From an uncultured Alphaproteobacteria bacterium (GTDB taxonomy: Bacteria; Pseudomonadota; Alphaproteobacteria; Rhizobiales; Xanthobacteraceae): DNA of 64,000 nt. The position numbers were made by a program, and so were the translations under genes. The notes below the pieces were generated by a model. The model had not been told where the DNA came from, made no database searches, and saw only the letters and a list, made by a program, of their open reading frames with translations. The stretch covers positions 11,357 through 75,356 of the forward strand of contig CAWEDE010000028.1 of NCBI GenBank assembly GCA_963807665.1. Reading direction: 5' to 3'. The stretch's first letter is position 1. Every line of letters starts with the position of its first letter. Positions 22,670-36,091 of this stretch are shown here, piece by piece.

Positions 22670-23941
22670 TCATGCCGCCCGGCGATCCAGACTTTCAGCG
22701 ATTGCCGCCGTGCTTTCAAGCCCATTGCCAGGGCCAAGTGCGGCGATCGCCGGCCGGCTGCGCCGGATCAAGGCGCGGCCGGCGGCGCGTGCGCTTTCCA
22801 CCGTGACCGCCTCGACCTTGGCGACGATTTCATTGAGCGGGATGGGCCTGCCATAGGCCAGCATCTGGCGTGCCAATTGGCTCAGCCGCGCCTCCGAGCT
22901 TTCCAGTGCCATCAGCAGACCGGCCTTCATTTGCGCCTTGGAGCGGGCGATTTCGGCCTCGTTGATGGTCTCGGTCGCGGTCGTGATCTGGTCGATCACC
23001 ACGCGCATCAATTCCGGCGCATCCTTTTCGTCGGTGCCGGCATAGAGCCCGAACATCCCGGTGTCGGCGTAAGGCATATGGAAAGCCTGGATGGTGTAGC
23101 AGAGCCCGCGTTTCTCGCGCACTTCCTGGAACAGGCGCGATGACATGCCACCGCCGAGCACATTGGTGAACACCTGCAGGCTGAAGAGTTGATCGTCGGT
23201 GACCGGCAGGCCTTGCAGCGCCAGCGCGATGTGGACCTGTTCGAGATCGCGGGTCTCGACCTTTGTGCCGCCGCCGTAACGCGCCGGCTCCGGCATTGGC
23301 GCCGCCGGTCCCTTGAAACTCGCAAAGCGCTTTTCTGCTTCTTCGACGATGGCCTTGTGCTCGACCGCGCCGGCGGCCGCCACCAGCATGTCGGGCGCGC
23401 GGTAGTTGCGCGTCAGGTAGGCCTGAATGCGTTCAGGATTGAACGAGCGCACGGTGTCGGGCGTGCCGAGGATGGAACGCCCGATCGGCTGCTTGGGAAA
23501 CGCAACTTCCTGGAGATGATCGAATACCAGGCCATCGGGATCGTCTTCGGCGGCGCCGATCTCCTGCACGATCACGTTCTGCTCGCGCTTCAATTCTGTT
23601 TCGTCGAACGTCGACTCCGACAAGATATCCGACAGCACGTCGAGCGCCAGCGGTACGTCGGCCTTGAGCACGCGGGCGTAATAGGCGGTGCTCTCCGCGC
23701 TGGTCATGGCATTGAGATCGCCGCCGACCGCCTCGATGGTTTCGGCGATCTGGCGGGCGGTGCGCCGCTTGGTGCCCTTGAACGCCATGTGTTCGAGCAA
23801 ATGCGATATGCCGTGCTCGTCGGGCTTTTCGTCGCGGCTGCCGGAGCCGACCCAGACGCCAAGCGTAGCGGACTCCAGATGCGGCATGCGGTCGGTGACC
23901 ACCGACAGGCCCGAGGAAAGACGCGTTACTTCGACGCTCAT
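22670..23941 (-). CDS. M16 family (pitrilysin-like) zinc peptidase
   Basis: HLLEH inverted zinc motif, GGGMSSRLFQEVREKRGL. Confidence 0.93.
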   Translation of the reverse strand: MSVEVTRLSSGLSVVTDRMPHLESATLGVWVGSGSRDEKPDEHGISHLLEHMAFKGTKRRTARQIAETIEAVGGDLNAMTSAESTAYYARVLKADVPLALDVLSDILSESTFDETELKREQNVIVQEIGAAEDDPDGLVFDHLQEVAFPKQPIGRSILGTPDTVRSFNPERIQAYLTRNYRAPDMLVAAAGAVEHKAIVEEAEKRFASFKGPAAPMPEPARYGGGTKVETRDLEQVHIALALQGLPVTDDQLFSLQVFTNVLGGGMSSRLFQEVREKRGLCYTIQAFHMPYADTGMFGLYAGTDEKDAPELMRVVIDQITTATETINEAEIARSKAQMKAGLLMALESSEARLSQLARQMLAYGRPIPLNEIVAKVEAVTVESARAAGRALIRRSRPAIAALGPGNGLESTAAIAESLDRRAA

Positions 23942-25355
23942 GCCGCTGCTCCTTCACGCGCCGCACGCGACGCTGACATTACAAAACGTTCCACCGCCGC
24001 CTGGTCGGCCGGCAGCACGGTGACGCGCTCCGGGCGCTCGGCCAAGTCGGCAAGCCAATCTGGGAGCGCCGGGGTGATCCCGCAAGCCGCGTTAACCGCG
24101 TCCGGAAACTTCGCCGGATGCGCGGTCGAGAGCACCACCATCGGCACCGCCGGATCGCGCGCTTCTTTCTCGGCCACGGCGAGAGCGACCGCGGTATGCG
24201 GATCGGCGCAATAGCCGGCCTCGTGCATCCAGGCGCGAATGGTAGCGGCGCTTTCCTGCTCGTCCGCCCGGTTGGCGGTAAACAAGGCCCGCATCTGCTT
24301 GAGCGCTGCGGCCGGCACCGTGAAGCGGCCCGACTGCGCCAGCGAGCCCATCAGCGCGGCGACCTGCTTGGCGTCGCGCCCGCAGGTCTCGAACAGCAGC
24401 CGCTCGAAATTGGACGAAATCTGGATGTCCATCGATGGCGACGTGGTCGCTACCACGGCGCGGGTCTCGTAGACGCCGGTCGCCAGCGTGCGCACCAGGA
24501 TGTCGTTGACATTGGTTGCCACCACCAGCCGCTCGATCGGCAGCCCCATGCGCGAGGCGACATAGCCTGCATAGACATCACCGAAATTTCCGGTCGGAAC
24601 GGTGAAGGCGACCTTGCGATTCGGGCTGTCGAGCGCGACCGCGGCGGTGAAATAATAGACCACCTGCGCCACGATGCGGGCCCAGTTGATCGAATTGACG
24701 CCGGACAGCCGCACCCGGTCGCGGAAGTCATGGTGATTGAACATGGACTTCACCAGCGCCTGGCAATCGTCGAAGGTGCCCTCGATCGCCAGCGCATGAA
24801 CGTTTGCATCCGGCACACTCGTCATCATTCGGCGCTGCACCTCGGAGATGCGGCCGTGCGGATAAAGCGCAATGACATCGACCTGGGCGCGCCCGCGGAA
24901 GGCTTCGACCGCGGCGCCGCCGGTGTCGCCCGAAGTCGCCACCACGATGGTGGTGCGTTCGCCACGCTGCTTGAGAACATGGTCCATCAACCGCGCCACC
25001 AGCTGCATCGCCAGGTCCTTGAAGGCGAGCGTCGGCCCGTGAAACAATTCGAGCACGAACAGGCTGTCGCCGAGTTGCACCAGCGGCGCAGTCGCCGGAT
25101 GGCGGAAGCTGCCATAGGCCTCGCGCGCCATGCGGGCGAGATCGGCCTGTGCGATGCTGTCGCCGACGAACGGCTTGATCACTTCGACGGCGACTTCGGC
25201 GTAGGGCCTGCCGGCGAAGCTCGCGATTGTTTTGGGGTCGAGTGCCGGCCAGACTGGCAGGAACATAAAGTCCTCCATCGCGGGCTAGGCCTGCGAGCAT
25301 CACGCTCGACAAAATCAAGCTGCGGGGCATCGCCCCGCGTTGAGACATAATGCAT
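23938..25355 (-). CDS. thrC: Threonine synthase (frameshifts near 25255-25310)
   Basis: MHYVSTRG, GLARDGGLYVP, ELFHGPTLAFKD, ATSGDTG, NSINWAR, VPTGNFG, TAHPAKF. Confidence 0.93.
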
Positions 25356-25505
25356 TGAGTTGACTTGGTTTTATGGTTCCGGCAACGCCGTCATTTCGCA
25401 GGCACACTAGCCTTGCGCGGTGGCTTTCACAAGAAAGCCCCCAATGCGGCCATGGCCGCCAATACCGGAGTTACGGGCCGACAGCTGAGATGGCTAGAGA
25501 TTGGC

Positions 25506-26297
25506 CTAGAGATTGGCCTCGTCGAAGGCGCGCACCCACATGGCGCAAACGCCCGAGCGGACGATGTCCTCGCGTTTGAATTCGATCACCGGCACCGACA
25601 GCATCTGCGACTTGATCAGATGGATGACCGTGCGCAATCCGCTGGCCTGATCGAGATCGCATTGGCTGACGTCGCCATTGATCACCACGGTGCAGTCTTC
25701 GCCGATGCGGGTGAGGAAGGTCTTGATCTCGGGCATCGTCGAATTCTGCGCTTCGTCGAACAGCACAAAGGCGTTCTTCCACGAGCGGCCGCGCATGACT
25801 TCGAACGGCACCAATTCGATGGCGCCGTTCTTGAGCGCGATCTCATAGGCGGCGTTGCCGATACGCTCCTTGATCGCCTCTGTGATCGGCACCGTCCAGG
25901 GCCCGAACTTGTCGTCGAGCGTGCCGGGGAAATATCCGAGCGAGCGCCCGCAAGGCACGTTCGGCCGGGTCAGGATGATCTTGTCGATTTGCCGGTTGCG
26001 CAGAAGGTCAGCGGCGTGGGTGGCGGCAATCCAGGTCTTGCCGGTGCCGGCCGGGCCCAGCACGATCACCTGCGGACTGGTGCGAAGCGCGTCGAGGTAA
26101 TTCGCCTGAGTCGGGTTAAGCGCCTTGATCGGGGGCAGTACGCGTTCAGCCTCAAACTTCGAACCTTGGAATTCTATGATTTCAGCGGTTTCAAACGCCC
26201 GGCCGTTGCGGCGGCGCTGCTTTTTGCTGAAGTGCTTGTTGTTGAAGTGTTTGTGGCTGAAGTGTTTACCCAAGGCAGACTCCTTTTGCTGGACCAA
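25506..26297 (-). CDS. PhoH family ATPase
   Basis: GPAGTGKT, TRP, LGYFPG, MRGRSW, DEAQN, LTRIG, GDVSQCD, DIVRS. Confidence 0.9.
   Translation of the reverse strand: MVQQKESALGKHFSHKHFNNKHFSKKQRRRNGRAFETAEIIEFQGSKFEAERVLPPIKALNPTQANYLDALRTSPQVIVLGPAGTGKTWIAATHAADLLRNRQIDKIILTRPNVPCGRSLGYFPGTLDDKFGPWTVPITEAIKERIGNAAYEIALKNGAIELVPFEVMRGRSWKNAFVLFDEAQNSTMPEIKTFLTRIGEDCTVVINGDVSQCDLDQASGLRTVIHLIKSQMLSVPVIEFKREDIVRSGVCAMWVRAFDEANL
26226..26270. repeat. 3 x 15-bp imperfect tandem repeat in the PhoH N-terminus (KHF.. units)
   Basis: gctgaagtgcttgtt / gttgaagtgtttgtg / gctgaagtgtttacc. Confidence 0.75.
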
Positions 26298-26614
26298 GAG
26301 GAAGCGTCATGCGCAAGCCCTCCGCGCGCGAGCACGGAGTGATTGAACATTGCAAAGACTAGGTAGATTTGGGCTGGGGAGTTTTGGTGAGGGAAGTTTT
26401 CAGCAGACAACGGGGCGGGCGCGGCGAACGACGGTATCCTATTTTGGGGATACGCCGATCTTCTCATTGAAGCGCAATCTTACGAGCCGTCATGCAGGAG
26501 ACAGTATACACGATTCGGATGACAATTTCATGGATTGTTTTTGGGCAAAGCGCCAAAAGAATTGGCGGCCGCGCCCCGGGGTTTTAAATATCCCTTAAGA
26601 AACCCAAACCCGCC

Positions 26615-27358
26615 CTAGTGCCGCCGGCGGAAGCGGCCGGCGAGCCAAACCACATAAACGCTGGCCAAAGCCAGCGCGAGGCCGAACCAGGTGAGCGCGT
26701 ATTGCAGGTGGTTGTCGGGCAATTGCACCGAGAGCTTGCCCGGCAACGGCACGCCGCCCGGCGGCACCGGCTGCTCCTGGTCGATATAAAACGGGGCGGC
26801 GGTCGCCCAATTCTTGGCGGCCGCCATGGCTTTGGGATCGCGCAAATACCAGACATTGGTTTTGGGATCGTCGGCCGGCGTGAAAAGCCCGCGGGTCTCC
26901 GGCCAGCGCATGACGCCGACAATCTCAACGGTGCCATGCGGAATTCCCTGCGCGCGCGTGGCGGGATCCTTGCGATCGAGCGGCACGAAGCCGCGGTTGA
27001 CCACAACAATGCTGCCGCCGGCAAGCTGCGCCGGCGCGAATAGCCAGTAGCCCACCCCGGTGACATCGGGCCGGAACGGCGAGCCGGCGGTGTAGACGAA
27101 CGCCTCCTGGCCTTCGAGGAATTCTGCCGGGAATGTCACGTGACGATATTCGTTACCCTCTTGCACCAGCCGCGGCCAGCTGGCGCGCGGCGGCAAATCT
27201 TCCGGCGCGCGATTGATACGGGCGGTCACGGTCGCGATCAGATTTTCTTTCCAGGTCTTGCGGTCGAGTTGCCAAATGCCGAGCCCGATCAGGAACGCGA
27301 TGCCGACCACGGTGAAGACCGTCGGCTCGATCAGGCCTCGGCGCTTTTCAAACGGCAC
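26615..27358 (-). CDS. SURF1 family protein
   Basis: LGIWQLDR..WK, VNRGFVP, NHLQYALTWFGLA. Confidence 0.93.
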   Translation of the reverse strand: MPFEKRRGLIEPTVFTVVGIAFLIGLGIWQLDRKTWKENLIATVTARINRAPEDLPPRASWPRLVQEGNEYRHVTFPAEFLEGQEAFVYTAGSPFRPDVTGVGYWLFAPAQLAGGSIVVVNRGFVPLDRKDPATRAQGIPHGTVEIVGVMRWPETRGLFTPADDPKTNVWYLRDPKAMAAAKNWATAAPFYIDQEQPVPPGGVPLPGKLSVQLPDNHLQYALTWFGLALALASVYVVWLAGRFRRRH

Positions 27359-27360
27359 GT

Positions 27361-27756
27361 TTAGATATCGCTCTTGTCGCTTTTGCCGACAAGCCGGCCT
27401 TCGGCCGCCTTGTGATGGTATTGCAGCGCGATCAGCAGGCCCTTGATCAACCGCAGCGGCAGCAGCGTCACGATCAGGATCAGCGGCAGCCAGAGCGCGG
27501 CATGCACCCAGTATGGCGGCTGATAGGCCACTTCGGTCATCAGCGCCGCGAATACGACGATGGCGCCGCCGATCAAAATCACGAACACCGCCGGTCCATC
27601 GCCGGCATCGGCAAAGCTAAAGTCGAGACCGCAGTTTTCGCAACGCGGGCGCAACGCGAGAAAGCCCTGGAACAGCCGGCCCTTGCCGCAAGCCGGGCAG
27701 CGGCCGCGCAATCCCCGCCCGATCGGCAGTGCGGTCGGCGGTGCGTGCTCAAGCAT
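27361..27756 (-). CDS. DUF983 family protein
   Basis: GRCPACGKGRLF.GFL...C..CG...D.GDGPAVF, KGLLIALQY. Confidence 0.88.
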   Translation of the reverse strand: MLEHAPPTALPIGRGLRGRCPACGKGRLFQGFLALRPRCENCGLDFSFADAGDGPAVFVILIGGAIVVFAALMTEVAYQPPYWVHAALWLPLILIVTLLPLRLIKGLLIALQYHHKAAEGRLVGKSDKSDI

Positions 27757-27831
27757 GACCCATCCTTCTTCGCGCCAAAACAAAAGGGCGGCGCTGTCAC
27801 GCCGCCCTCTCGTAAAGTCACCAAACGATGG

Positions 27832-28677
27832 TCACTCGGGATGCGGTAAGCCGGCGCCCCAGACATATATGCACGCAAACAGGAACAGCCACACCACGTC
27901 CACGAAATGCCAGTACCAGGCGGCGAATTCAAAGCCGAGGTGCTGCGTGGGCGTGAAATGCCCGGCCATCGCGCGGAACAGGCACACGATCAGGAAGATC
28001 GAGCCGATAATGACATGGGCGCCGTGAAATCCGGTCGCCATGAAGAACGTGGCGCCGTAAATGTTACCGCTGTAGTGGAACGCGGCATGCGCATATTCGA
28101 AGGCCTGCACGCAGGTGAATGTCAGGCCCAGCACAATGGTCAGGATTAGACCCCATTTCAGTCCCTCGCGGTCGTCTTCCAAGAGCGCATGATGCGCCCA
28201 GGTCACCGTAGTGCCCGAGGTGAGCAGGATCAGCGTATTGAGCAGCGGCAGGTGCCAGGGATTGAAGGTTTCAATGCCTTTCGGCGGCCAGACGCCACCG
28301 GTCGCGGCCTGACGCGCGATTTCAATCGCATCGCCGGGAAATAGCGCGGCGCTGAAATAGGCCCAGAACCAGGCGACGAAGAACATCACTTCCGAAGCAA
28401 TGAACAGGATCATGCCGTAGCGGTGCGAGATCTGCACCACGCGGGAATGGTAGCCGCCGTGTTCGGCTTCGCGGATCACATCGCGCCACCAAACGATGAA
28501 CGTATAGAGCACCGCCAGCACGCCGGCGCCGAACACCAAGGGCGCCGCCGAATACATATGGTGCATCCAACTGATGGCGCCGACCGCCATGACGAAAGCG
28601 GCCGTGGCGCCGATCGCCGGCCACGGGCTCGGATCGACCAGGTGGTAGTCGTGATGCTTGGCGTGGGCGTCGGCCAT
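27832..28677 (-). CDS. coxC: Cytochrome c oxidase subunit III
   Basis: HDYHLVDPSPWP, FIASEVMFF, ATGFHG, AWYWHFVDVVW. Confidence 0.96.
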   Translation of the reverse strand: MADAHAKHHDYHLVDPSPWPAIGATAAFVMAVGAISWMHHMYSAAPLVFGAGVLAVLYTFIVWWRDVIREAEHGGYHSRVVQISHRYGMILFIASEVMFFVAWFWAYFSAALFPGDAIEIARQAATGGVWPPKGIETFNPWHLPLLNTLILLTSGTTVTWAHHALLEDDREGLKWGLILTIVLGLTFTCVQAFEYAHAAFHYSGNIYGATFFMATGFHGAHVIIGSIFLIVCLFRAMAGHFTPTQHLGFEFAAWYWHFVDVVWLFLFACIYVWGAGLPHPE

Positions 28678-28712
28678 AGTCGTCTCCGTTCAACTTTCGT
28701 TATGTCTGCGCG

Positions 28713-29319
28713 TCAAAGCTTGCTCGAATTTTTGTCCGGCGTCTCGGCGACCGGACGCTCGCGTTCTGGAATTCGATAGAAAGTGTACGACAAAGTGATG
28801 GTGTTTAGTTCGTCCTGGTCGCGGTCCTTGACGATCGCGGGATCGACATAAAACACCACCGTCATCTCGCGCGTTTCGCCCGGCTTCATGGTCTGCTCGG
28901 TGAAACAGAAGCAGTTGATCTTGTCGAAATAGGCCCCGACCTGCGGCGGCGAGACATTGTAGGACGCCTGCGCGGTAATCTCTCGCGCGGCTTCGTTGAT
29001 TACCTTGTAATGGACGGTCGCCACTTCGCCGATGCGCAGTTTGATCTCGTTCTGCTCCGGTTTGAATATCCAGGGCAGACCGGCCATGACGTTGGAATCG
29101 AAACGGATGGTGAGTTGGCGGCCAAGCACATGATCGGGCGCGCGCTCGGAAATCAGAGGCGTGCCGCCAAATCCAGTGACTTTGCAGAACAGGCTATAAA
29201 GGGGCACCGAGGCATAGGCCGCGCCCACCATGGCGGCGACGAACACACCGCAGCAGGTAGCGATCACGAGATCGCGCCGCAGCCTGGGTTTGTCGATCGC
29301 GGGGCGCGTTTTTGGTCAT
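28713..29319 (-). CDS. ctaG: Cytochrome c oxidase assembly protein CtaG/Cox11 (5' homopolymer frameshift)
   Basis: [19 protein letters not shown] motif; the ATG at 29319 joins the frame if the T5 run at 29309-29313 is T4. Confidence 0.92.
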
Positions 29320-29480
29320 ATCGGGCGCACCAAAACACCGGGCCCCTTGACCAGGGTCATCACGTAAAACAGCACGACCAGTGCGGCGAGCGCAAGCGCG
29401 ATGGCGATCGAGCGCGAGCGCCGGGCGCGTTTCTGCGCTTTCGTGAGAACAATGCCTTCTTCCTTATGCGGCTTGGACAT
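29316..29480 (-). CDS. Small CoxF-like membrane protein of rhizobial cox operons
   Basis: [21 protein letters not shown]...FY..T.VKGP between ctaB and ctaG. Confidence 0.75.
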   Translation of the reverse strand: MSKPHKEEGIVLTKAQKRARRSRSIAIALALAALVVLFYVMTLVKGPGVLVRPI

Positions 29481-29494
29481 TGCGATTCCGACTT

Positions 29495-30439
29495 TCAAAC
29501 AGCCAATCGGGCGATCAACCCGCCCCACCCGCGCTCGACCAGGAGCGTTGCGAACAGGAGAAACAGATAAAGGATCGAGAATGCGAATAATTGCTTGCTG
29601 GCGCGCTCCACCGGGCGGCGCTCGCGCAGCACCTGGGCTGCCAGCGCGATCATGATGGCGCCCGTGACGATCGCAATCACGCCGTAAAGCGGGCCGGAAA
29701 ATCCAAGCGGCCACGGCGCGATGCCGATCGGCACCACGAGCAGCGTATAAAACAGGATATGGCGCCTGGTAGAAGCATCGCCGGCGACCACCGGCAACAT
29801 CGGAATGCCGGCGCGCGCATAATCTTCCGTGCGGTAGAGCGACAGCGCCCAGAAATGCGGCGGCGTCCACATGAAGATGATGGCGAACAGCAATACCGGC
29901 TCAAGCGACAGCGAACCGGTCACCGCCGCCCAGCCGATCATCGGCGGGAAAGCGCCGGCGGCGCCGCCGATCACAATGTTCTGCGGCGTCGAACGCTTGA
30001 GCCACATGGTGTAGACGGCGACATAAAAGAAAATCGTAAAGGCCAAGAGGCCGGCGGCCAGCACATTCACCAGCAGGCCAAGCACCACCACCGCGAAGCT
30101 AGCAAGCGTCAAGCCAAAGGCCAGCGCCTCGCCCGGCTGTACGCGGCCCATCGGCACCGGACGGCGCGCCGTGCGCGTCATCAAGGCATCGATGTCGGCG
30201 TCGTACCACATGTTGAGCGCGCCGGAAGCGCCGGCGCCGACCGCGATGCACAAGAGCGCGGTGAACCCGGTCGCCGGATGCAGGCTGCCCGGCGCCACCG
30301 CCATGCCGACCAGCGCGGTGAACACCACGAGCGACATCACCCGCGGCTTCATCAGCGCGACGTAGTCGCCGACGGTCGCAAGACTCGGCTCTGCCAGGAC
30401 CGGACCGCGGAGTTCTGCGCCTTGGCTGATGAGCGACAT
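29495..30439 (-). CDS. ctaB: Heme O synthase (protoheme IX farnesyltransferase)
   Basis: [40 protein letters not shown]. Confidence 0.94.
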   Translation of the reverse strand: MSLISQGAELRGPVLAEPSLATVGDYVALMKPRVMSLVVFTALVGMAVAPGSLHPATGFTALLCIAVGAGASGALNMWYDADIDALMTRTARRPVPMGRVQPGEALAFGLTLASFAVVVLGLLVNVLAAGLLAFTIFFYVAVYTMWLKRSTPQNIVIGGAAGAFPPMIGWAAVTGSLSLEPVLLFAIIFMWTPPHFWALSLYRTEDYARAGIPMLPVVAGDASTRRHILFYTLLVVPIGIAPWPLGFSGPLYGVIAIVTGAIMIALAAQVLRERRPVERASKQLFAFSILYLFLLFATLLVERGWGGLIARLAV

Positions 30440-30459
30440 GCGTTGCTTGCGCCTAATTC

Positions 30460-32945
<2,486 letters not shown>

Positions 32946-33382
32946 TGTCGAATGCGCTCCCTCGACGAGAAACCGGCCTAAGCAAGCACCGCTTTTGGCC
33001 CCATTTTGCCGCCCACCGCAGGCAAGATGTTTCGTACGGCCCCGCTGAGCACGGTATTTGCCACGGGCGTGGCGGCTTGAGCGGCGCGGCGGGACGGGGG
33101 GAAGTCCCTGTTTCTCAAACCACAATTCCGGCCCTGCTGCAATGCACCTTGTCGGTGCCAGCATGCGACAAACGGCTTATCCTCAAGGAGTTCGGCGCCG
33201 TAATGCGGCCACAGCGCGGGCGTCTGGGTTCCGTAGTCACTTGCCCCTTGCTCGGCGGGAATTGTGAGGGCATGACCCAGCGGGAACAAATAAAGTGCCG
33301 GCTGGACAATGATTCGAGGCGGCTGTGGGCCGGTTGCCGGGCCTGCTAGTCTGGGGCCGAAAGCTCCCCTAAAGGATGCGCA

Positions 33383-33910
33383 ATGGGCATTTTCGAGCAG
33401 ATCAGGCATGCGCTTTCCGGCCGGGTTTGGCTGGCGCTGGTGGTGGCGCTGACGGCGTTGCCGGCCGGGCGGGCAATGGCCCAGGGCGCCGTCAAGTCTG
33501 TGCATAAAGACTGGCAGATCCGCTGCGATACGCCGCCTGGCGCCAAGACCGAGCAATGCGCACTGATCCAGAGCGTGACCGCGGAAGACCGCGCCAATGT
33601 CGGCCTCACCGTGATCGTGCTCAAAACCGCCGACCAGAAAAGCCGGCTGATGCGGGTGGTCGCACCGCTCGGCGTGCTGCTGCCGTCAGGCCTGGGCCTC
33701 AAGATCGATAATGCCGATGTCGGCCGTGCCGGTTTCGTGCGCTGCATGCCCAATGGCTGCATCGCCGAAGTGATCATGGACGACGCGCTGATCCAGAAGC
33801 TGCGCAACGGCAAGAGCGCGACCTTCATCATTTTCCAAACGCCCGAGGAAGGCATCGGCTTTCCCATGAGCCTCGCCGGCTTCGGCGAGGGTTACGACAA
33901 GCTGCCCTGA
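33383..33910 (+). CDS. Invasion associated locus B (IalB) family protein
   Basis: HKDWQIRC, PLGVLLPSGL, RCMPNGC, SLAGF; divergent from coxB as is usual in rhizobia. Confidence 0.88.
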   Translation: MGIFEQIRHALSGRVWLALVVALTALPAGRAMAQGAVKSVHKDWQIRCDTPPGAKTEQCALIQSVTAEDRANVGLTVIVLKTADQKSRLMRVVAPLGVLLPSGLGLKIDNADVGRAGFVRCMPNGCIAEVIMDDALIQKLRNGKSATFIIFQTPEEGIGFPMSLAGFGEGYDKLP

Positions 33911-33945
33911 GCACGGCAGGTTTGGTTGCTGGCGGAGCGCCTTAC

Positions 33946-34828
33946 GTGAAAATTGGATTTGTCGGCTTGGGCGCGATGGGGCAATTGATTGTCCCGCGTT
34001 TGATGGCCGCCGGCCATGTTGTCACCGGCTGGAACCGCTCGCGCGACAAGGCTTTAGCGCTGTTAGAAGCCGGAATGCTCTGGGCCGAACACCCCAAAGC
34101 GGTAGCCGAGCAATCCGAACTTGTTTTCTCAATCGTCACCGACGCCAAAGCCGTGAAGGAAGTGGCGCTCGGACCGACCGGAATCCTCGCCGGTATGCGC
34201 GAGGGCGGTATCTATATCGACATGAGCACGATCGAGCCGGACGAGAGCCGCGCCGTCGCCGCGCAGTTCGCGTCAGCCGGAGCGATCATGCTGGACGGCC
34301 CGCTCTCAGGCTCGCCGGTCACGGTCGTTGCCGGCAATGCCTCGATCATGATCGGCGGCGACGAGGCCGCCTTCGAGCGCGTCAAACCCGTCTTGCTGGC
34401 GATCGGCCCGAAGGTGACGCGGATCGGCGGCAAATGGCCTCGCCTGCCAGATGAAGATCGCGGTCAATCTTCTGCTGATGGTCGAGGTGATCGCCTTCGG
34501 CGAAGCGGTGGCGCTGGCTGAAAAAGGCGGGGTCGCCCGCGAAGTTGCGCTCGACGCCATTCTCAAAAGCGTCGCGGCCTCGCCGGTGCTGGGATATCGC
34601 GGGCCGTTTATTCTCGACGGCAAAATGCCGGAAGTGCCGCTCGCCGACGTGACGCTGCAACAAAAAGATATGATACTGGCGCTCAATCTCGGCCGCACAC
34701 TTGGCAGCCCGGTGCCGCTTGCCGCCGCCGCCAATGAGATGATGAACGCCTGCCGCGGGCTCGGCATCGACGGCAATGATTTCGTGGTCGCGCATCAAGT
34801 CTACCGGCGGTTGGGAGGGCAAGAATAA
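33946..34828 (+). CDS. NAD(P)-dependent beta-hydroxyacid dehydrogenase (frameshift near 34432)
   Basis: IGFVGLGAMG, WNRS, DMSTI, DGPLSG, MKIAVN, KD motif. Confidence 0.88.
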
Positions 34829-35319
34829 TGACGTCATCGGCTGAAAAATTCGGACGCGCGCTCGGCAAAGCCGTGAAAGGCGCGACATCCGTACTCAACG
34901 AGGACAAAACAGACCCCGTCATGTTCCGCACCAATTTAAGCGACGTGCCGAAGGTCGAGGGCCTCAAGCGTGACGACGGCTGGGTCGACATGCAGGTGCA
35001 ATTCCTGATCGACAAGAAAACCGCCGACGCCGATCACGTTGTCGGCTGGACCGTTCTCAAGCCGGGCGCGCGGCACGAGAACCACCGCCATCACAATTGC
35101 GACGAGTTCTTCATCGTGCTCAAAGGCCGCGGCATGATCTACACCGACAAAGGCGATAAGCCATCGGCCGAAGGCGATGTGGTTTATTCGCCGCGCGGCT
35201 GCTGGCATGGCTTTAACAACACGTCGAGCGAAGACGTCGTGCTGGTGTGGGGCTGGATGGGCGCTGGATCGATCGAGGATTCCGGCTACGAAGTGCATCC
35301 GGAGGGTCACGGCGCATGA
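34828..35319 (+). CDS. Cupin domain protein
   Basis: HRHHNCDEFF.VLKG, PRGCWHGFNN. Confidence 0.85.
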   Translation: MTSSAEKFGRALGKAVKGATSVLNEDKTDPVMFRTNLSDVPKVEGLKRDDGWVDMQVQFLIDKKTADADHVVGWTVLKPGARHENHRHHNCDEFFIVLKGRGMIYTDKGDKPSAEGDVVYSPRGCWHGFNNTSSEDVVLVWGWMGAGSIEDSGYEVHPEGHGA

Positions 35320-35360
35320 TCCCGAAAAGTAGGCACCGGTTTTCGGATAAGATCATGCGC
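35312..35360. repeat. Rhizobiales short palindromic repeat, copy 2
   Basis: gcgcatgatcccgaaaagtaggcaccggttttcggataagatcatgcgc; supplies the cupin TGA stop. Confidence 0.9.
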
Positions 35361-35373
35361 AAAGGTGAAAGTA

Positions 35374-36081
35374 ATGAACGCCTGGGACCATCCGCTCATC
35401 CAAAAAGGCATGCCTTTACAGCTTGCCAAGCGCCGCGCGCGCATTGCCGCCGGCGAACGCCCGCTTGGGTGGAAAGTCGGGCTTGGCGCGCCGGCCAGCA
35501 TGCAAAAGGTCGGCATCGCGGCGCCGCTACTCGGTTATCTGATGCAACGCGGGCTGCTGCTGTCCGGCTCGAGCGCGTCGCTCGCCGGCTGGGTCAAGCC
35601 GGTGGCGGAAGCAGAAATCTGCGTGCGCATGATGAGCGATCTGCGCGGCGGCGCGACGGCTGAAACGGCGCTCGCCGCGGTGAAAGAAATCTTGCCCGCC
35701 ATCGAGCTTGCCGACATGGACCCGGTGGCGACGCCGGACAATCTCGACGTCGTGCTCGAAGGCGATATCTTTCAGCGCCACGTTATCTTGTGCGGCAACA
35801 CGCGCTTTGGCGGCTCGACCGACGGCCTCACCTCGCGCGTCATTCGCAAGGGCACGCAATTCGCAAACACCAACGACCCGGAAGCGCTCACCGGCAAGCT
35901 CGGCGACATCGTCGCGCATGTCGCCAATACGTTGTCGGCCTTCGGCGAGAAATTATCCGCCGGTGACGTCATCATCACGGGCTCGATCACGCCGCCGATC
36001 ATGCTGGAAACCGGCGACGACGCGCTCACCCATGCGCTCGACCCGATCGGCGAAGTGTCGGTGCAGTTAGCTTGGGATTAG
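35374..36081 (+). CDS. FAH-superfamily hydratase/decarboxylase (2-keto-4-pentenoate hydratase-like)
   Basis: GWKVGL, EAEI, PAIELAD, L.AGDVIITGS. Confidence 0.8.
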   Translation: MNAWDHPLIQKGMPLQLAKRRARIAAGERPLGWKVGLGAPASMQKVGIAAPLLGYLMQRGLLLSGSSASLAGWVKPVAEAEICVRMMSDLRGGATAETALAAVKEILPAIELADMDPVATPDNLDVVLEGDIFQRHVILCGNTRFGGSTDGLTSRVIRKGTQFANTNDPEALTGKLGDIVAHVANTLSAFGEKLSAGDVIITGSITPPIMLETGDDALTHALDPIGEVSVQLAWD

Positions 36082-36091
36082 GCCGGTGAAA

